A DNA stretch of 56,299 nt. Source: an uncultured bacterium. GTDB lineage: Bacteria; Armatimonadota; UBA5829. Below the pieces are notes generated by a model. It worked only from the letters and a program-made list of their open reading frames with translations, was not told the origin of the DNA and searched no databases. Position numbers and translations under genes: made by a program. The stretch lies in NCBI GenBank assembly GCA_964431685.1, contig CAYSLA010000003.1, positions 1 to 56,299 on the forward strand, read 5' to 3'. Shown here piece by piece: positions 51,876 through 56,299 of the stretch; within the stretch, counting starts at the first letter, position 1, and each line of letters begins with the position of its first letter.

Positions 51876-51912
51876 GCGGCGAGGACAGATCCGGTCCTCG
51901 CCGCTTTCGATT
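51876..51912 (+). terminator. Rho-independent terminator (GCGGCGAGGAC-agatccg-GTCCTCGCCGC + TTTCGATT)
   Basis: 11-bp perfect stem followed by a T-rich tail, read directly. Confidence 0.7.
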
Positions 51913-52133
51913 ATGACCCTTCCGATCGGCTTGACGGGGTCACGCAACCATGTTGACTTCTGACTTTCGCCAGTTTAGGCAGTTGTGTCTTATGGGTAGA
52001 AACAGAACAGTGTTGCCCGGCAGAGGTAGTGTTCCATCGAACTCAGTTCTCATGACTCGCCGGTGACACCCGAGTCCAGGATTCCCGCAGGAAGCAAGAT
52101 TCACAATCAGAAGATGAAGGAGGTTGTATCAAA

Positions 52134-52988
52134 ATGAAAAGTCTATCATCTGCGCTTGCAGTAGCGGTGGCGTCGGTACTGCTCTGTGGAGTCGCGATAG
52201 CGGATACCGTTGTCACATACGACGGTTTCGCTGATATTGTCGGGCTGACACTCAGCGGGAGTGCCGCGGTGGTTGCGACGGGTGACGGTCAGGTCTTGCG
52301 ACTCTGTCCGGCAGTCGGCAATCGGGCGGGGAGCGCGTTCAGTAGCGTGCCGCTAAATGCCGCCGGTTTCAGCACGTTCTTCAAGTTCCGCATAACCGAC
52401 CCGGGCGGAACGCTTTTCGACGGCAATGACAAGGTCGGAGCTGACGGCATCGTGTTTGTAGCCCAGTCGGTAAGCGCCAGCATCGGGGGTATTGGCGTCG
52501 GGATTGGATACGCCGGAATCCCCAATAGCGTGGGTGTCGAGTTTGACACCTGGCACAACAGCTCCGAGAACGATCCGGATTCGAACCACCTGGGAATCGA
52601 CATCAACGGCTCCGTGAACCACGGCCCGGGGAGTCTGAATACTCAGCCGATGAGCCCTGACTTTGACGACGGGAATCTCTGGTACGCGTGGGTTGACTAC
52701 AATGGAATCCAGGTGGAGGTTCGGGCTAACCAGACGGGCATCCGCCCACTGCTTCCGGACCTGAGCCGTGCGCTGGACATCACGTCGATTTTGGGGCAGA
52801 CCACAGCTTACGTTGGCTTCACGTCCGGCACCGGGGCTGACTGGGGAAACCACGACATAGTCTACTGGACCTATCGCGACTACTACAATCCTGTGCCCGA
52901 ACCCGGTAGTCTCGCGGCCCTCGCAGTTGGCCTGGGCGGGTTCGGCATGGCGTTTGCACGGTCTGCCAGACGACGGCGCCAGGCATAG
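52134..52988 (+). CDS. Legume-lectin-like (concanavalin fold) PEP-CTERM protein
   Basis: Signal peptide. The lectin-like blocks are GADGIVFVAQS and VGVEFDTWHNSSENDPDSNHLGIDINGS. The C-terminus is VPEPGSLAALAVGLGGFGMAFARSARRRR. Confidence 0.8.
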   Translation: MKSLSSALAVAVASVLLCGVAIADTVVTYDGFADIVGLTLSGSAAVVATGDGQVLRLCPAVGNRAGSAFSSVPLNAAGFSTFFKFRITDPGGTLFDGNDKVGADGIVFVAQSVSASIGGIGVGIGYAGIPNSVGVEFDTWHNSSENDPDSNHLGIDINGSVNHGPGSLNTQPMSPDFDDGNLWYAWVDYNGIQVEVRANQTGIRPLLPDLSRALDITSILGQTTAYVGFTSGTGADWGNHDIVYWTYRDYYNPVPEPGSLAALAVGLGGFGMAFARSARRRRQA

Positions 52989-53017
52989 CGCTGCGCCAAC
53001 TGTGGAGTAATGACAGA

Positions 53018-53055
53018 GCGGGACGGGATATGATGATCTCGTCCCGCGTCTTTTT
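53018..53055 (+). terminator. Rho-independent terminator (GCGGGACG…CGTCCCGC + GTCTTTTT)
   Basis: 8-bp stem with a T5 tail, read directly. Confidence 0.65.
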
Positions 53056-53083
53056 GCCAAGGTCCGCCTGGCCGCGCTATAAT
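53054..53083 (+). promoter_or_regulatory. Sigma70-type promoter TTGCCA-18 nt-TATAAT upstream of the larA-like gene
   Basis: Read directly. The -10 element overlaps the track ATG at 53082, which argues for the ATG at 53121 as the true start. Confidence 0.55.
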
Positions 53084-53120
53084 GAAGAACCACCATCGTT
53101 TGCGGGAAGAGAGTATTTCC

Positions 53121-54377
53121 ATGGATTTTGGCGACGTATCCAGTTCCACCACGCTCGGGGACGAGCAGGTCAGGCAACGCGTGCACCAGGCAATCGACGG
53201 GGCCGGGCTTGCAGGCAAGAGGGTGCTTGCCGTGATACCCGACCATACGCGGACTGCGCCGATTCCGCTGATGTTTTCGACACTCTACGAAGCACTAGCC
53301 GACCGCGCGGCGGCATTCGATGTGCTCATCGCTCTCGGCACGCATCCTCCGATGACGGACCAGCAGATATATGAGCGCGTCGGGATCACGGCCGATGAGC
53401 ATAGAACTCGCTACCCAAAGACGCGCTTCTTCAACCACCTCTGGAAGGATCCTGCTTCTCTTGCTCATATTGGGACGATTGACGAGGAAACCATCGACGA
53501 GATATCCGGCGGCCTTTTCCGGATGTCAGTAAGCCTTACGATCAACCGCCTTGTGTTAGACTACGACCATATCATGATCGTCGGGCCGGTGTTTCCTCAC
53601 GAAGTAGTCGGTTTCTCCGGAGGCAACAAGTATCTCTTCCCCGGCATCGCCGGTCAGGAGATCATCGACTTCTTCCACTGGCTTGGCGCGGTGATCACCA
53701 ATCCTGAGATAATAGGCACAAAGTATACGCCGGTTCGCAAGGTTGTCGATGCGGCGGCCGCATTCGTTGAGGTCGAAAAGAGCTGTTTTGCGATGGTGGT
53801 CGAGGGTCACGACCTTGCCGGACTCTACTACGGCACGCCGGAGGACGCTTGGTCGGAAGCGGCCGATCTCTCGGAGAAACTGCACATCTGTTACAAAGAG
53901 AAGCCCTTCCACACTGTGCTTTCGTGTGCCCCGAAGATGTATGATGATCTCTGGACTGGCGGCAAGTGTATGTACAAGCTGGAGCCGGTGGTTGCGGACG
54001 GGGGAAGATTGATCATATACGCGCCGCACATCGACGAGATATCCTACACGCACGGCAAAGTGCTGGACGAGATCGGTTACCACACCCGCGACTACTTCTC
54101 AAAGCAGTGGGACAACTTCAAGCACTATCCCTGGGGCGTGGTTGCCCACTCCACACATGTTCGCGGAATCGGCAAGTATGAGAACGGAATCGAGAATCCC
54201 AGAGTAGATGTCATTCTGGCTACCTCCATTCCCGAGGAGCGGTGCCGCAAAGTGAATCTGGGCTACATGAGCCCGGCTGACGTGTGCATTGATGACTACA
54301 TCGACCGTGAGGATGAAGGTATCCTGTATGTCGCCAAGGCTGGCGAGATGCTATACAGGCTCGGGGCGAAGAAGTAG
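53121..54377 (+). CDS. LarA-family (nickel-pincer-dependent lactate racemase-like, DUF2088) protein
   Basis: Family blocks seen are VLAVIPDHTRTAP, LIALGTHPPM and PHEVVGFSGGNKYLFPG. Confidence 0.75.
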   Translation: MDFGDVSSSTTLGDEQVRQRVHQAIDGAGLAGKRVLAVIPDHTRTAPIPLMFSTLYEALADRAAAFDVLIALGTHPPMTDQQIYERVGITADEHRTRYPKTRFFNHLWKDPASLAHIGTIDEETIDEISGGLFRMSVSLTINRLVLDYDHIMIVGPVFPHEVVGFSGGNKYLFPGIAGQEIIDFFHWLGAVITNPEIIGTKYTPVRKVVDAAAAFVEVEKSCFAMVVEGHDLAGLYYGTPEDAWSEAADLSEKLHICYKEKPFHTVLSCAPKMYDDLWTGGKCMYKLEPVVADGGRLIIYAPHIDEISYTHGKVLDEIGYHTRDYFSKQWDNFKHYPWGVVAHSTHVRGIGKYENGIENPRVDVILATSIPEERCRKVNLGYMSPADVCIDDYIDREDEGILYVAKAGEMLYRLGAKK

Positions 54378-54513
54378 GAGCGCGGTCTCCGGTTGAACAT
54401 GGATGTGCAAGATATTCAGGATAGGACTTCCAGCGTCCGTCGATGTCCATCTCGTTCATTCTGTCCACCCATGTCCATAGTCCATAATGAACAGTACTCG
54501 GGCATTGGGTTCG

Positions 54514-54542
54514 TTGGAGTGCTGCGGGAGATGTGATATAAT
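54514..54542 (+). promoter_or_regulatory. Sigma70-type promoter TTGGAG-17 nt-TATAAT upstream of gnd
   Basis: Read directly, with TG at the extended -10 position (TGTGATATAAT). An AAGGAGGG Shine-Dalgarno precedes the ATG at 54571. Confidence 0.55.
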
Positions 54543-54570
54543 ATTCGAACTCAAGGAGGGTAAATCCGAA

Positions 54571-56022
54571 ATGGCTAAAGCTGACATAGGTCTTATTGGT
54601 TTGGCGGTTATGGGTGAGAACCTTGTTCTCAACATGGAGAGCAAGGGCTTCACAGTCGCCGTGTTCAACCGCACGGTGGCTAAGGTGGACGATTTCATGA
54701 GCCATCGCGGGGCCGGCAAGAAGTTCATTGCCTGCCATTCAATCGAGGAACTGGTGGCCAGTCTTGACAGGCCGCGCAAGGTCATGATGCTGGTCAAGGC
54801 CGGTCAGGCTGTGGACGATTTCATAGAGAAGTTGATACCGCACCTGGAACCCGGCGACATCATCATCGACGGCGGCAACTCTCACTTCCCCGACACCATC
54901 CGCCGCACACACTATGTGGAGAGCAAGGGGCTTCTCTACATCGGGACCGGAGTCTCCGGGGGTGAAGAAGGCGCGCTGCGTGGACCGTCCATGATGCCCG
55001 GGGGAAGCAACGCAGCCTGGCCGCACGTAAAGGACATATTCCAAGCCATCTGTGCCAAGACCCCCCAGGGGGAGCCATGCTGCGACTGGATCGGCGAAAA
55101 TGGCGCAGGGCATTTCGTCAAGATGGTGCACAACGGCATCGAGTACGGCGACATGCAGATGATCTGTGAAACGTATCAGTTCATGCGCGACGTGCTCGGA
55201 ATGTCTAACACCGAGATGCACGAGGTCTTTACTGACTGGAACAAAGGCGAACTGGACAGCTACCTGATAGAGATCACTCGCGACATTCTCGCCTACAAGG
55301 ACGAAGATGGCAAAGAAGTAGTCGATTTGATCCTCGATACGGCGGGCCAGAAAGGCACTGGCAAGTGGACTGCCATCGCAGCACTCGACGAAGGCATGCC
55401 GCTGACCCTGATCGGGGAAGCAGTATTTGCGCGATGTCTGTCGGCGATGAAAGAGGAGCGAGTCGAGGCGAGCAAGGTCATTAAGGGCGAGGTTATTCCA
55501 TTCGCTGGCGACAAGAAACAGATGATCGAGGACCTGCGGGCCGCTCTATACGCCAGCAAGATCGTCAGCTATGCCCAGGGCTACCAACTCATGCGGGCGG
55601 CAGCGAAGTCCCACGGCTGGAACCTGAACTACGGTGGGATCGCGCTTGTCTGGCGCGGCGGGTGCATCATTCGGTCGGTATTCCTCGGCAAGATCAAGGA
55701 TGCGTTCGATGCAAATCCGAACCTGGTCAATCTTCTCGTAGACCCGTTCTTCAAGGACACCGTTGGCGCGAGGCAGGCCGCGTGGCGGCGAGTGATTGTG
55801 GCGGCGGCGCAAGCCGGTATTCCGATGCCTGCGCAGAGCTCCGCGCTGGCGTATTTCGACGGGTATCGCTGCGAGCGGCTGCCGGCCAATCTGCTCCAGG
55901 CCCAGCGCGACTACTTCGGTGCGCACACCTATGAGAGGGTCGACCATCCGCGCGGCAAGTTCTTCCACACGAACTGGACCGGCGAGGGTGGAAACACCAC
56001 CTCCAGCGGCTACGAGGTGTAG
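54571..56022 (+). CDS. gnd: 6-phosphogluconate dehydrogenase (decarboxylating)
   Basis: Motifs seen are ADIGLIGLAVMGENLVLNM, GHFVKMVHNGIEYGDMQ and WRGGCIIRS. 483 aa from the ATG at 54571. Confidence 0.95.
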   Translation: MAKADIGLIGLAVMGENLVLNMESKGFTVAVFNRTVAKVDDFMSHRGAGKKFIACHSIEELVASLDRPRKVMMLVKAGQAVDDFIEKLIPHLEPGDIIIDGGNSHFPDTIRRTHYVESKGLLYIGTGVSGGEEGALRGPSMMPGGSNAAWPHVKDIFQAICAKTPQGEPCCDWIGENGAGHFVKMVHNGIEYGDMQMICETYQFMRDVLGMSNTEMHEVFTDWNKGELDSYLIEITRDILAYKDEDGKEVVDLILDTAGQKGTGKWTAIAALDEGMPLTLIGEAVFARCLSAMKEERVEASKVIKGEVIPFAGDKKQMIEDLRAALYASKIVSYAQGYQLMRAAAKSHGWNLNYGGIALVWRGGCIIRSVFLGKIKDAFDANPNLVNLLVDPFFKDTVGARQAAWRRVIVAAAQAGIPMPAQSSALAYFDGYRCERLPANLLQAQRDYFGAHTYERVDHPRGKFFHTNWTGEGGNTTSSGYEV

Positions 56023-56036
56023 CATTTCGCAACCGA

Positions 56037-56065
56037 ATCGGGTGGCGGTACGTCCGCCACCCGAT
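56037..56065 (+). terminator. Hairpin ATCGGGTGGCGG-tacgt-CCGCCACCCGAT after gnd
   Basis: 12-bp perfect stem read directly. No T tract follows. Confidence 0.45.
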
Positions 56066-56136
56066 CTCAGATCGCGCCCTACCAGGGTCATCTCCCCCCT
56101 GCGGTTGAAACGGCCTGGCAACCTCTAAGTCCCCTT

Positions 56137-56275
56137 GTAAGAGCTCAGAGTATGTGAGAAAACACGTCATCCTGAAGGTGGTTCAGGATCCATCCCTTCT
56201 CCGGATGGGTGCCGGATATCCTGAACTTGATTCAGGACCGGCACGACGTAGTACACAGCGAGACTGAGCTCTTGC
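56137..56275 (+). mobile_element. MITE copy C (139 bp, extra internal hairpin module), flanked by a perfect 8-bp duplication GTCCCCTT
   Basis: The TIRs are gtaagagctcag and ctgagctcttgc. GTCCCCTT occurs at 56129-56136 and 56276-56283. The interior resembles copy A but carries a second cctgaac…ttcagg module. Confidence 0.85.
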
Positions 56276-56299
56276 GTCCCCTTCCTCAAAACCCGCATG

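Noticed and set aside
53082-53120. Track start of the larA-like ORF at 53082
   Set aside because: That ATG lies inside the TATAAT -10 element of the only good promoter. The ATG at 53121 is preferred.

Overview
This is a 56.3-kb, high-GC bacterial chromosomal window that is densely coding. All calls were made by eye from motifs in the supplied translations and from the DNA; no searches were run.

Housekeeping content: pstSCAB (pstA is frame-shifted), an isopropylmalate/tartrate-dehydrogenase-family gene, a DEAD-box helicase, PPi-phosphofructokinase, ligA, mnmA, a PfkB-family kinase, class II aldolase, hpf, mfd, a larA-like gene and gnd.

Other content:
- A glycan-degradation cluster: SGNH esterase, GH78 rhamnosidase and a 1418-aa secreted protein.
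- Exopolysaccharide export genes (Wza-like and Wzz-like) and two PEP-CTERM proteins.
- c-di-GMP and partner-switching signalling proteins.
- An orphan fliG, an orphan DNA methyltransferase, a WYL regulator and a decayed HEPN/MNT pair.

The stand-out feature is a six-gene minus-strand operon (7171 -> 2565) with its own consensus promoter. It encodes a complete eukaryote-like ubiquitin cascade:
- a beta-grasp Ubl that ends exactly at a C-terminal Gly;
- a ThiF/Uba-type E1;
- two tandem tail-anchored C4HC3 RING-like zinc-finger proteins;
- a membrane-spanning JAMM/MPN+ isopeptidase;
- a canonical HPN...Cys UBC-type E2.

The E2 C-terminus and the JAMM N-terminus share the heptapeptide DFEISLG, encoded by different codons. 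This motif resembles the Ubl tail (PEITAG).

The window also carries three copies of a 124-139-bp MITE with 8-bp target duplications. It contains several REP/REPIN-type palindrome families, one of which is inserted in-frame inside mfd.
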